DNA of 64,000 bases from Octopus sinensis (taxonomy: Eukaryota), in NCBI RefSeq assembly GCF_006345805.1, contig NC_043009.1, forward strand, positions 46,748,001-46,812,000, given 5' to 3'. Below the pieces are notes generated by a model. It did not search any database. It saw nothing but the letters and a program-made list of their open reading frames with translations, and had not been told where the DNA came from. This document shows, in pieces, positions 50,560-63,645 of this stretch. How positions within the stretch are numbered: the stretch's first letter is position 1; the number at the start of each line of letters is the position of its first letter. Both the position numbers and the translations under genes were made by a program.

Positions 50560-51800
50560 ACATGAGGCAATAAACCTCTTACAAAAATGACAACAGTATT
50601 AATATAAAATTTACATATTTCGGCACTAAGCCTATTCTTCATTCGCCTCCGACCAGGCTGTGAGCTTCCCATAGGTACTGCCCCGGATCCCGGTCGGGGT
50701 CCCAAATCCCGATTTTGAACAAGTCCTTCGTAAAGGAGCCCACAACCATGGACATGTTGGCCTCCGATATGGCCTCCTGTCCAGGCTAAGGGCTCTTCCG
50801 TCAAGCCTCACTTCCTTGGGAAGCTTTCTATCGCCCCACCCTTCAGAAAGAACATGACAAACTTATCTTCCCTCCTTCTGGGATGGGCCACTGCTCCCTC
50901 TGTCGGTGGCACACTTCCCACCGACAGAGTTTCGGAGCATGCTGGCAGTTGATCGTCAACTGCCAGCAATGTCCCATTCTTTTTTCGCTTTTTCTTTTTT
51001 TTTCTCTTGTCGACGGGAGAGTGGAGTTCCTCCAACTTGTCCAGGAGTCCCTCCTTCTCTCCTGCTGCCTCGAAATCCATCGGTGGGCAGCCATTGTTGC
51101 CCACCTTCTTTCTTTTTTATTTCCTTTCGAGGGGGTTACCCCCCCCTCTACTTTTTATACCTCTCCCTCCGTTGGAGGAAAAACATTCTCCTCTATTAAC
51201 TTCTCCAGTGCCCTTGCTTGGTTCTTGGGGCAGATCTTCTTTATGTGGCTCGATTCCAAGCACAGGTGACACTTGGGGGTGTGTCCCTCAAGAGTCACCG
51301 GATACCTAGAACCGGCCATCTTTAGAAAATCTGGATGAACCAGATCTTTGGCTGATTGAGTCCATAGGGTCAAAATTGATTTTGAACCCACCCAATTAGC
51401 CACAGGAAACACTTTAACATTCAAGATCCTGGCTCCGCTTCTACCCAAACCCTGGCGGATAGTGTCCTCTATCCACTCAGGCTGTATTCCGTGTGGCAGC
51501 CCACTCACCCAGGCTCTTGTCAGTTTCCTCCCACGATATGTGGGGAGAAACAAATTTTTTTCCCCTTCCAGGGGCTGGCTAGCGAAAATGCTAGCCTCCT
51601 AAGGGGTGTCAAATAGCAACCACACTGTTGCAAATTTGACACCCCTTGCAATATACTTGATAGCTGGCAGGTATTCTGCCAACTCTTTTTTCGATTTCGA
51701 CTTGAAAGAACACAGTGATGGTGTCGAGGGACTTGGAATATGTCCTCAACACCACCATTCTCCAGTCGCAGCACAAAAATTAATCCTTCCTGCCTTCGTA
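50560..51800 (-). mobile_element. Tx1/L1-like ORF1 (gag-like, CCHC zinc knuckle) remnant
   Basis: EKELAEYLPAIKYIARGVKFATV...FDTP*EAS...FLPTYRGRKLTRAWVSGLP...YPVTLEGHTPKCHLCLESSHIKKICP (CX2CX4HX4C). A possible ORF2 start (VRGL) lies near 50,580. Confidence 0.75.
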
Positions 51801-52180
51801 CTCCTTGCATGTGGTAAATCCAAAGGAACTTCACGAACTAAGTAACACAAAGACAATTTTCATAATCGAACAATTTTTTGCGGAGGGGATACGCCTCCTC
51901 AAAAACACAATTTTCACTGCAAAGTGAGTCTTTTCACACGACCACAGGCAGGCAAATGTCTGGATCAGAGTGGAGACTGTTGCTCTACAAAAATTATTAA
52001 ATACAGAGCAACAAAACTCCACTAAGCTCCCTAAATTAAAACAGACGCCTACCTGTAGTCCAGCTTCAACGTCCAATATTTCACGACGAATGACAACTTT
52101 CAAGTAGCATGAAAATGCGAACTCTTCTGTCAAGTAAGGTAAGCGAGCTACTTACAACACAGCTTTTCCTTCTGCAACTG

Positions 52181-52268
<88 letters not shown>

Positions 52269-53143
52269 GGAGAGATACTTATATATATACATCTGTATAT
52301 ACACACACATTACATCAAACAGAAGAGCTGTGTGTATCTTTACGCTGTGAAATAAAGTATATATTAAGTTTACATTCATGATATTCACATTCCAATCCCA
52401 GACAATGTCACAATTTCCTTTTAACCTCTATATTCTGATGATTTTTCCTTGTTTGGGTCAGCTACCGGAGCTTCCATATGATCAATTGGATCTGCTACCT
52501 ATAATAGTCAAATCTTCATTATGTCATACACTATCGGTTGAAACATGGGTGCATTTGATGATTTAGTCTATGTTACATCGTGTCTTCAATAAATAATGGA
52601 GATAGTCACATGCTGATTGCCGTTGATCCTATGTTTGTTTAATCAGGACAGACGTGGAGTATAAGTCGTAAGAAGAACAGCAGCTACAATAATTATGTAT
52701 ATTTATATTCTTATGGTGTCGCGGCTAATAATTTTCTCTCCCAGTTTCTTCGTATTACACCCATTAAATTCTTGGATTTAACCAACAGAGCTAAGCTGCC
52801 GTTAAACAACATTCAGAGCTGAATTCGCCAAATCCAGTCGTAGCTACTGTTAATGAATCATAGCAGTTTTTCAGATTATAAGCTTCCTATGTTAAGCTCT
52901 TATTTCTACTTAATTATATTCTTGGTTGCGATTATAAGGTTGAAGCTGTACTTCAGACCAATAAGTAGCTTTGGTTGTATAAAGCAGCAAGTGAATAATA
53001 TGCTATACGTTACGTTCATACATTCACACATACACACTCACGCGCGCACACATATAAGCACAAACACACACATGTGCGCGCACGTGTGCGTATGTGTGTG
53101 TGTGAATGTATGTACATAACATATTAGTGCACTTATATATGTA

Positions 53144-53179
<36 letters not shown>

Positions 53180-54086
53180 TGTATGTATGTATGTATGTAT
53201 GTATGTATGCACGCACACATACAATCATACACACATGCATTCACCCATGCATGCATGCATGTATCCATCCATTCATACATATACACACAAACACATACAT
53301 ACATACATCCATCCATTCATACACGCACATACACAAGGATACTCCCATCCATCCATCCATCCGTCCATCCATCCATCCATCCATCCATCCATACATACAT
53401 ACATACATACATGCATGCATATATAATACATACATACATACATACATACATACATGCATACATACATACATGCATACAAACATGCATGCATGCATGCATA
53501 CTTGCATTGCAATAAGGTTGATCAGCTGAGGCAGTAGAGTAATGATTCTTCTCCAAAATATTCATTAATTCTAAGGTGGCCATTTAGAAGATCGCTCACC
53601 CTTTCATCCACTCTCCCACTAGCCTCATTCGCTCATATGTACATAAATAGGCCATTTGTACAGAATAGATTCATTTTAAGGGAGGCAGCTAAAGCATGGC
53701 TTGTAAAGCGATGCATTTATTTGTGGAGAAAATCGCAACATAGACGTTGTCTTTGATTTATTGTATCTCTTTATGCTATAGATATGAGAAAGAGGGGGAA
53801 GTGAAGATGTGTGCGCATGTGTATCTGTGTACATGTGACTGTGTGTCTCTCTGTGTTGATGTATGTAAAAAGAAGAGAAAGTATGAGTGCGGGATAAAAG
53901 AACGGTTATTGTGTGCCTGGAAAAGGGGTGTCCGATGTAGTGCGAGTGTGTGTGTTTGTGGGGGGGGTGAGCGGTGAAGTGCCTGAAAAAAAGAACGATA
54001 AAGTAAAAGGAGAATGTGTGGTAGGATGAGAGCATGACATTCAGTAGTGAGTATGTGGGAGTGGTAGTTAAAGAGAGTATCAGAGT

Positions 54087-54130
<44 letters not shown>

Positions 54131-54724
54131 GTGTGTGACAGAAAGAAAGATTGCAAATTGAGAGAGTAAGAAATATGAGAGGGAAAGTAACACAACAAGA
54201 CTGAGAAGAGAAAGAGAAAGAGACTGAGCGTATATGCAAGTGAGAAAAAGAGAGAAACTGTCTGAGTGTGTATGTATGTGGTGTATCTGTGTGTGTATGT
54301 GTGTGCGTGTATACGCGTGTGTGTGTTTGTGTATGTTTGTGTGGGGGGGTATATGTGTGTATACTGAAGAGATGGAAAGAGAGAGAGAAGAAAGATGGAA
54401 AGTCTGTAAATACATGCGAGAAAAGTGTATGACAATGAGTAAAAATAAGAGTGAGCAGGTGAGAAAGAAGAGTAATGTGTAATTTGACAGAGAGAGAGAT
54501 AAGGAGAGACAGGACAGAGAGGAATACGGGGATAATGTACAAATGTGAATAAAAAAGGAGCAGAGATAGAGAGGCAAGGAGAAAAGGGAGAGAGAGATAG
54601 TAAAGGAAAGTAAGAGAAAAAAAGTGGGAGCATGAGAATCAGCGAAGAATAGCGTAGAAGTGTACGAATATTGACTTAAAATACAGAAAAAGAGATTTAT
54701 GTATGCATATGTGTGTATGCTACA

Positions 54725-55495
54725 GCTGTTTCTCAGTGAGCAGCTTAATGTTCAATATCTGCTCCGTAGTACTCCTTTGGTGACTAAATCTTGCTTGTTC
54801 TTCTGCCTTCCCCATAAGTCTGTTTAACAGAACTCTTGGCAATTTTTTTCTGGAGTAACTAATTAGGATGACTGTTCTATAATTCTGGCAGTCTTCATTT
54901 GCCTTTCTTGGGAAAGGGCATCATCGGTGATTATGTCCACTTCTTTGACCACTGCTTCTTCGCCAATATTTTCTGACAGGTAGCTGTTAGTGCCTTGATA
55001 AGTTTTGTCCTTCCATGTTTTAGGTGTTCTGATGAGATGTTATCAACTCCCGAAGATTTACTTTCTTTGCGCATGGGCATCACTCCTTCGACTTCCTCTG
55101 GAGAACTGGAGTATTACCAAGTTCTCTGTTATTGTTGTTGTTGGAATTGTCTACTGTCATGTTTGAGTTTGTGATTGTAATGGTCTTCGCAGTACTCAGA
55201 CGAGCTTTTAATGACAGCATTCTCATCTTTGAAAATCAGTCCTGTTTTGTCCTCAATAATAGTGGCACTCTCTTTGTTTTCGTTATGATTTTGCGGATTT
55301 TATAAGCAACTTTGTGGTTACCCTTCTTTATTCCAGCTTCAATTATTTTGCACTGGCCTTCATTTTTTCCTAACCTTCCTATTCACAGCATTGTATTGCT
55401 GACTTGCTTCCTGAAACGTTTGCTTGTTCTTCACCAAACCCCGTCTTAGATCAAGATGTCATCAGTGACCCGTAGTTTCTTTTTCCTTCCTCTCT
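54725..55495 (-). mobile_element. RTE-clade LINE ORF2 fragment, decayed
   Basis: VTDDILDL; EEVEG...KSSGVDNISSEHLKHG; CQNYRTVILISYS; EEQARF..QRSTTEQILNIKLLTEK. Confidence 0.8.
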
Positions 55496-57144
55496 TCACA
55501 TGTATATGTACTGTGTGTGCACGCGTGCGTGCATGTGCGCGTGTTGAAATGAGTTGATGAGACTTCAGTGAAACTTGAAAAGGAGACTCTTTTTAAAATA
55601 TAATCTATCGTTGAATGGTGTATATCTGAGTTAAAGCGTTTCCGAATCCCAAAACGCTATGGTTTCGTTATATGATTCTACATTTCACACTGTCAATTAA
55701 ACAAAAGACAGAAGTGATATGAAATATGCCTATCCTAGATATGAAACATGTCTTTCAGAGATATCCTTTCTCTCGGAAGAAATTAAACTCGGCAGTGATT
55801 TCCGTTGGGCTGGGTTCCACTACTAAGCGCACGAGTAGTATTTATATCACTACTTTGTCTGAGAAAAATTATCTAGGCAATGCAAGTTAGCTAATGACAC
55901 TGCTGCTCCTGTCGGTAGAAATGAATTGTATCTGTGCTTTGACACTTGTGAGAGATATTCATTGCTAGGTGGAATGGTTTCTTTACGGATATTCACAACC
56001 TCCGAAAACAACATCAGTATTACATTCATGTTTCTGGGTTCATTCAAATAAAGTATACATCAAGTACTGGAATCGATTTATTATCCCTATATGACACCCT
56101 AGATATGAATGGAATTATAATAGAAGGGAACACGAACCTCTGAATTCTTGATGTTACTTACTTGGTTCTCTTATGACTCAGTCGTCTGTGCATTGATATG
56201 CAACGCAACAATATTCTAAAATGATGAGAAAAAATGCTACCTTGCCAATTCTAATTAATCACAAACAAAAATGATCATTTTAGAGCTGAGAAAAATGGAA
56301 TGGAACTATGTTCATGTATTTCTCAAGAACAATAAAGATATAAATGATAAGAGAGTGTTTCAAACGGGAATTGGAACTATGTCGTAAAATGCCCACATCA
56401 AGGGCTTCATTTTTGTTTAAATGCGCGTACATCACTCAGTTAATTATTTTAAAAATTATAAATGCTTGACAAAAGTAAGAATGGATGAACTTGTGTAGAG
56501 ATCGGATAATGTTCGCCATGAGTTCAAATCCAAGCAGCGACAACATTAATTATATTTTCAGAGTCGGTATAAAAAATTATAAGTGAAGTTCTGAGATTTA
56601 ATAGACTGAGCACTTTTCTCAAAATAGTTTTAGTCTTGGCACAAGACTTAATCAGGATCGAAGACAGAAAGAGCGGTAGACACAATAGAATGTCGCATTA
56701 AATGAAATAACATATCTTGGTTTATATCGCTATCTTTTATGTTCAAATCCTACACTGAAGGACTTAGTATTTGAGGAAATAAATGTCAGATCTGTGAAAC
56801 TAAGGTTCGTTCATATTGATTAAATTATTGTACTACATATTGATGGCGTGATTCCAGTATAAGATAGCATAATTAATTTACGTTTAATTTACTTGCTGCA
56901 GATTTAAAGAAGTGACGCATGAATCAGCAATCCGGCACGTCACTTCTACAAATATTCCATTGATCTTATGTGTAGATAATACATAATTACTAGCCTTTCA
57001 TTTATAAGTGAGAACAAGTACCACCAGATTTTGCGAAAGCATTCTTAGACAACCATGACGCTACCTATAGAATATAATAAGAAACAGCTTTAACGTATAA
57101 AGAAACAAAATAATACTGATTGGGAGTCAATACTCAGTTTGTTA

Positions 57145-57339
57145 CGAGGGGTGCTGAAAAATTCTTGGCTTTAAGTAAAAGAAAATAAAGGAGGAGTAGT
57201 TAATAATGATTATATTCAGTATATTCCCCTCTCAGATTCCTGCAGTTATTGCAGCGGTCCTTCAGTTTTTTAAGCCCTGTAAAAGAACTTCTAGATTTTA
57301 GTGATACTCTTAGAACTAAGACCTTTTCAGTACCCCTCG
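57145..57339. mobile_element. Mariner-type MITE (195 bp)
   Basis: TA|CGAGGGGTGCTGAAAA ... TTTTCAGTACCCCTCG|TA. A related one-ended fragment lies at ~5,046-5,100. Confidence 0.85.
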
Positions 57340-57493
57340 TACATAGCTCAAGCGGTTGAGGAAAAACTTACCCAGCACTTTCTCACTATCTGAATCTAGA
57401 CTATCTTGGGGGTAAAATTGGGAAAACGATAAACTTTTAGAAGTATGTGATATCAACCATGGAGGGTTTGGATGTCAATATATCTGAATGCGT

Positions 57494-57880
57494 AAGACGG
57501 CGAGCTGGCAGAATCGTTAGCACGCCGGGCGAAATGCTTAGCAGTATTTCGTCTGCCGCTACGTTCTGAGTTTAAATTCCGCCAAGATCGACTTTGCCTT
57601 TCATCGTTTTGGGGTCGATTAAATAAGTACCAGTTACGCACTGGGGTCGATATAATCGACTTAATCCGTTTGTCCGCTCTGTGTTTAGCCCCTTATGGGT
57701 AGTAAAGAAATAGGTATTTCGTCTGCCGTTACGTTCTGAGTTCAAATTCCGCTGAGGTCGACTTTCCCTTTCATCATTTTGGGGTCGATAAATTAAGTAC
57801 TAGTTGCGTACCGAGGTCGATCTAATCGACTGGCCCCCTCCTCCAAAATGTTGGGCCTTGTGCCTAGAATAGAAAGGAAT
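57494..57880 (+). mobile_element. SINE family B, dimeric form, complete
   Basis: Two B-boxes, junction GTAGTAAAGAAATAGGTATTTCGTCTGCC, second tail GGCCTTGTGCCTAG. Confidence 0.9.
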
Positions 57881-58250
57881 GCATCTGATTTCGTAAGGAG
57901 TAGGGAAATCTAATGTTTCGATCTTTAATATTTTTGCACTTCCTGTAATAACCATATTTTTCAACACACAACAAACTCTCTTAGACTATTTTAAGTTCGA
58001 CGCTTACATGATATTCTATTACATTTATTCAAGATAACTTCGTAAACATTGGTGACCTATGAGCAAGTCTTCCAGTGTCTTCATCCATTCACCTCTTCAA
58101 ATATTTTATTACTAACATCACTTAAAATATCTGAAAGACCAAATATTTCATATTTTATGTTTTTAGTATTAAAATTGAATTTTTACCAAAACATAACACT
58201 ACACATTCATTATAAACACCTGCTCGCACGCGCACACACACACACACACA

Positions 58251-58293
<43 letters not shown>

Positions 58294-58334
58294 ACACACA
58301 CTGAAAAAACCTTATTCGCATAAATATGATAAAA

Positions 58335-58925
58335 ATTTCCGTAAAATGACTAAAGCTTTTTTTTAAATATTGATTGGTATTCTTCTTTGATCGAAATCCA
58401 CATTTTTTTAAGACTAGATTCCTTATATTTAATCTTCAATCCATCATTGGTAGATATAGCTGCTAGTTCTGCTTCGGTTAATGTTAAACTAGCATCATCT
58501 GAAATTTCTATGAATGGATTTTGAATCAAAGCGTACAGTTCAGTGTTATGTGATGGAAAATAATAATTTAATTTATCTTCCAAATTTGTCAAGTGTTCAA
58601 GTATTTATTAAAGGGAAGATATCATTTCTGTAAGTTGTACTTATCAAAGGAAACATTTCCAAATTACCCTCAGAAGTTCTTTTCTTCCAGATAAGTAGGT
58701 TTATCTGAAATGCTTTCATTTTATCAGTAGATGTCGAAATATTTTCATAATTTCCTTGCATTCAAAATATTGAGGCGCTGATATATATATATATATATCA
58801 ACCAAATACACTAATCTGCAAATCCAAGTATACTGCCGTTTCAGAAGCCGCTGCCACAATCCATTAACACATTAAAACACCAAGCCGGCAATGGACCCTT
58901 CATCAGGAAAAAATATCTTCACCAA
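58335..58925 (-). mobile_element. hAT (Buster/Charlie-like) transposase C-terminal remnant
   Basis: KMKAFQINLLIWKKR..EGNLEMFPL; LTNLEDKLNYYFP...IQNPF...L...LAAISTNDGLKIKYKESSLKKMWISIKEEY. Confidence 0.7.
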
Positions 58926-59849
58926 AGTGGTTGCACATGCTGATTTCTTTATTGCCCACAGGGGGCTAAACATAGAGGGGACATTACAAGGATAGACAAA
59001 AGCACAAAAGTGTGGACAAAGAAAAACGAATGTAAAGAGAATAGATTAAATAATAAAAATGAAAAATAAAAACTGAAAAGTGAAATGAAGCCATTCGACC
59101 CCACATCCGGGCGACTTCATTTTTTCCTTGTTATAAACGATAAATTCTTTTTTAAACTTTTAGCATGTATTCAACACATAAAATATCTATTTGAAAGTCA
59201 TTAATAAGTTCGTGCTAACTCACCGACTTTGACATTCTCTTGGTGTCCATTTTCTTTTCGCAGTAAACAGCATTGTCCCCGTATTCTATCAGTCTTGGTA
59301 TGTTCTCGGGGTCCGCTATAGCGCACTCAAAGTGCAAGGGCATCCCTCTAGATTGTATAGTGTTTACCTCTATTAGTTGGTCCCAACTGTTTACCTCCTT
59401 AACCAGCTTATAATTTGACACATCGTAAAAGACAATATATTTTTCTCCACAGGGTGGAGTTGGGAATTTGGGGCTCTTGTGTGATTGTTGTTAATTTATC
59501 TGTGTCAGATGAGGTAGGGAGAGGGTTAGTGTCTACAGGGGAAAGTTGGAGACAGAGTGGGTCTGGGTGGGAGCCAGGTGGATGGGTGTTATCATTCACA
59601 GATTATGCCTTTTTCTCTTCTTTCCAGCAGTTTCCCATCCATCTTTGGTTTTTTTCATCTTCGGTGCTAAACTCTCTCCCACTGTTTCTCGCTGGTCGTG
59701 GAGGTACAGTTCCCTTTCTAATTAAATATTCATTGCATTCATTGCGGAGTATTCCTGTTTGTTCTGGGGTTTTTTTGCGAAGTTTCACTTTCTCTTTTAA
59801 TGTTCTCAATATCATGTTTTAACTCGCTATTTGGAAAACTGAGAGTTTC

Positions 59850-61620
59850 TTCTAGTAATGTATACGTAATGTAACAAATATTTATTGAATGAAAATTTTT
59901 TAGAATACCCGTATAATTTTTGTAAAATATTTAAGAGTAATTATGTTGTTGTGGCTGTTTGGAACGCTATAAACCTTACAATAATAACTACCCGAACCGA
60001 TTTTGGCCATTTCCCTTTTTAACTTAAAAAACATGGGAAGGAGCCTTTCGCTAAAAATAAAAAGAAATTGTAAATATTTTCAGAAGGAATGGTGAACACT
60101 TCGAGGGAGCCCTCTCCTAAACAGCCCTCTCCTAAAGAGCCCTCTCCTTTCACTTTCTCATGTATTAATGTTTTTTTCAATATTTTTCTCCCATTATACA
60201 CATTTTATGGAATGATGATAGCGAAATAACATACGCGTGGTCCATTGGTGGAAGAAAAACAACAAAATAAAGTGTAATCTAATCTTTTACTCCCACCGTC
60301 CATTTGAAATCGTGATCTGTTCACTGACAAAACTTCGTGCTGCATCACTTTTAAATAGATCGCAGTTTCAAAGCGACGAAAATATTTTGACACAAATAAA
60401 ATTTAAATGTTGAAGTGAAACTAATTGTTTTTCTGTTCTTACATGGCTTACAAACATCTTCCATGCTGAAATTGTTTTGTTTCAGCCCACGATCTCAAAT
60501 TAAGTCACTCGCTATGCAAGTACATCTCCGTAATTTTTTTAAATCACTGTGGATAAATACCAGCAACGACCTTCTCAGGATCTCCAATATTTTAATTTCT
60601 CAACAGAAATAATCCGGGGCAGGGAGTGGGGTTGCAAAAAATTCACATTTTCTCAAATTTTCTTTTTTATAGCATATAAATGTATTTATAGAGAAAAAAT
60701 CTTAGAAAACATCAATACATGCGAGAGTAATAAAGAAACGAGGAGTGTTGCTAGAAACAACAGCCAAATCGTCCTTAAATCACTCATTTTTTCCTCTGAA
60801 AATATTGACATATTTTTGAAACAATTTACTGAATATGTTCTTCCCATGGTTTTGAAGGGCAGAAAAAAAATTGGCCAAAATAGGTCGGATTGGAATGATG
60901 AGCGGGGTGCAAAAACAAAATTGTTTTCAAAACTTTATTTATACAAAGGTTCCCCCCATCCCCATAATTTCGAAGGCTGTGGTTTAAAAATCCCCCAACC
61001 CAAATTTCCCCAAAACTTTCTTTAAAATCGTAGTTTCAAAGCAATTTGTATGAATTTTCATTATAAGATACCCATTTACCTGAAAGTTATGCTGGAAAAA
61101 AGTCAAATCGTGTGAATTTTCCAAAACTCCTCTTTCCACCCCCTCGGAAAATTTCTTTCCCATATATTCCTATATACCCTGAAGCCACAATATCTAAGCG
61201 GTATTTGTAGAAAAATGTTATTAAAAGGAATCCATTTCTCTGGATGTTATGAGGCAACAAAGTCGGATGCCTATACATCTGTGGAACACCCTTATATTTA
61301 TACGATGTTTTCATTTCACGTTTGTTTCATTCATTGTTTCCAATGTTGTCTTCCCTCCCTCTCTGTCTCTCTCTCTCTCACACATACACGGCAAAGCTTA
61401 CAGATGGGCTGCTGAATTGTAATTTCTATGTTGTTGTGAGAGGAAGGTAAAACTTGGCAAATTGCTTCTCCCTCTGTTGTTGGATTACCGTGATGTTTGT
61501 TCAAAAGAGAGAGATTATGACTGTGATAAGATAATTAAAGCAATATTTACTAAGCAAGTGAGCATTATTATACAAATAAATAATTAGACGTAAAATATAA
61601 ACATTATTAGAACTGGGAAT
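59850..61620. repeat. Dispersed ~1.7-kb non-coding foldback-type element, copy 2
   Basis: Colinear with 28,050-29,760; 59,995-60,210 is an imperfect inverted copy of 60,670-60,890. Confidence 0.8.
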
Positions 61621-62029
61621 CAAATGTGAAAACCTTATCAATCAGCAAGCAGAAAACTGCCCGGAGGGCGGTCTTTCTGCTAGTCATTACAAGGAAGGAA
61701 GAAACATTTATACTGAGTGTGAACCAATTAAAAATTCATAGGCCTAAAATTAAAAATTAAAAGCTTTAAAACATGATAGTATTACAAGGAAGGAAGAAAC
61801 ATATATTGTGTACCAATTAAAAATTCATTGGCCTAAAATTTAAAAATTAAAAACTTTAAAACATGATAGCATCAGCAAGGATTCGTGTATAATTCATAAT
61901 GTTTTTCCACTATCAAATAGATGACTAGTATTCAGAAATTGTTTCAATCTCTATCCGGTTTCAAAACCAGATGGGAAATCAAATGGTTATCTAATGGGCT
62001 TAATTTTATCTTTGTATATTTTCAGGAAT

Positions 62030-62660
62030 GTAGGAAAAAATTATGATTGCAAAAGGGGATTACATCAGAGAATTTATTTAATAGTTTTGGTCCATATGAT
62101 TTATGCACAATTTACATTTATGGATATTTACACTAAAATGAGGGGCCCCCGAAATAATAGACCATTCAAGGTTGGAACACCGATTTTTCCTCTTCGAGTC
62201 ATATATGTATGAGGCAAGCGTAGTAGAGTTACAATATTTTGCATTCGATAAGGAATTTTTGTGGGCCCTATATTTCCTTTTAGAATTAACCATGCTCCCA
62301 ATGTACACCTTATCTAAATTATTCTCCCCTTTAGCGACACGTTTATAAACCACATTTGTTTTTCAACAGTAACCAGCTAGGGGACGTAAGTTAGGGTTTC
62401 TGATACTAGTATTAATAATAGTTACTCCCAAATATCAGTTCATCAGGGTCCGAGAATGCTGATGAGTGCAATAAGTTGGCATTATTACCAGTATCCTTGT
62501 TAATGCTCTGAATCCCATTAACAAAGCTTACACCAAAGGAATGTCCCATATTAACTTGTCTACTTATTTTGCTTCTATTGGTGGATGCAATAATAGACGC
62601 TAAGTTTGGCATTACCGAGTATGAGAACTTAATAGACGACATATTACAAATGGAATAGTA
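62030..62660 (-). mobile_element. Penelope-like GIY-YIG endonuclease remnant (different subfamily from 34 kb)
   Basis: [19 protein letters not shown]; VYK...KVYIGS....KRKYRAHKNSLSNAKYCNSTTLASYIY...LEWSII...CKLC. Confidence 0.85.
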
Positions 62661-62685
62661 CTTATGATTCCAAGGAAAATTATCT

Positions 62686-62962
62686 TTGAACCGCTAAGTT
62701 ACGGGGACGTAACCACACCAGCATCGGTTGTCAAGCCGGGGGACAAACACAAACCTACAAACATATACACAAACATACATATATATATATATACATATAT
62801 ACGACGGACTTCTTTCTGTTTCCGTCTACCAAATCCACTCATAAGGCTTTGGTCAGCCCGAGGCTATAGCAGAAGACACTTGCCTAAATTGCCACGCAGT
62901 GGGACTGAACCCAGAACCATGTGGTTCGTAAGCAAGCTACTTACCACACAGCCACTCTTGTG

Positions 62963-62965
<3 letters not shown>
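62686..62965 (-). mobile_element. SINE family A, 5' two-thirds
   Basis: Head AGGCACAAGAGTGGCTGTGTGGTAAG on the minus strand, directly beside (TA)n. Confidence 0.88.
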
Positions 62966-63045
<80 letters not shown>

Positions 63046-63048
63046 ATT

Positions 63049-63107
<59 letters not shown>

Positions 63108-63119
63108 TTATATATATAT

Positions 63120-63203
<84 letters not shown>

Positions 63204-63206
63204 ATT

Positions 63207-63277
<71 letters not shown>

Positions 63278-63433
63278 ATTTATATATATATATATATTTA
63301 TTATATATATATATATATATTTATTATATATATATATTTATATATATATATTTATTTATATATATATATATTTATATATATATATATTTATATATATATA
63401 TATTTATATATATATATATTATATATATATATT

Positions 63434-63489
<56 letters not shown>

Positions 63490-63535
63490 TATATATATAT
63501 ATATTTATATATATATATATTTATATATATATATT

Positions 63536-63608
<73 letters not shown>

Positions 63609-63609
63609 T

Positions 63610-63642
<33 letters not shown>
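62964..63642. repeat. ~680-bp (TA)n array with recurrent TTT interruptions
   Basis: Read directly from the sequence. Confidence 0.98.

Positions 63643-63645
<3 letters not shown>

Noticed and set aside
53676-54633. 288-aa and 285-aa minus-strand ORFs
   Set aside because: They span GA/GT-rich low-complexity sequence that is stop-poor on that strand; no domain motifs.
59000-59830. LINE ORF1/ORF2 boundary remnant
   Set aside because: Only a vague DILCV resemblance; not supportable and not counted in the strand-bias tally.
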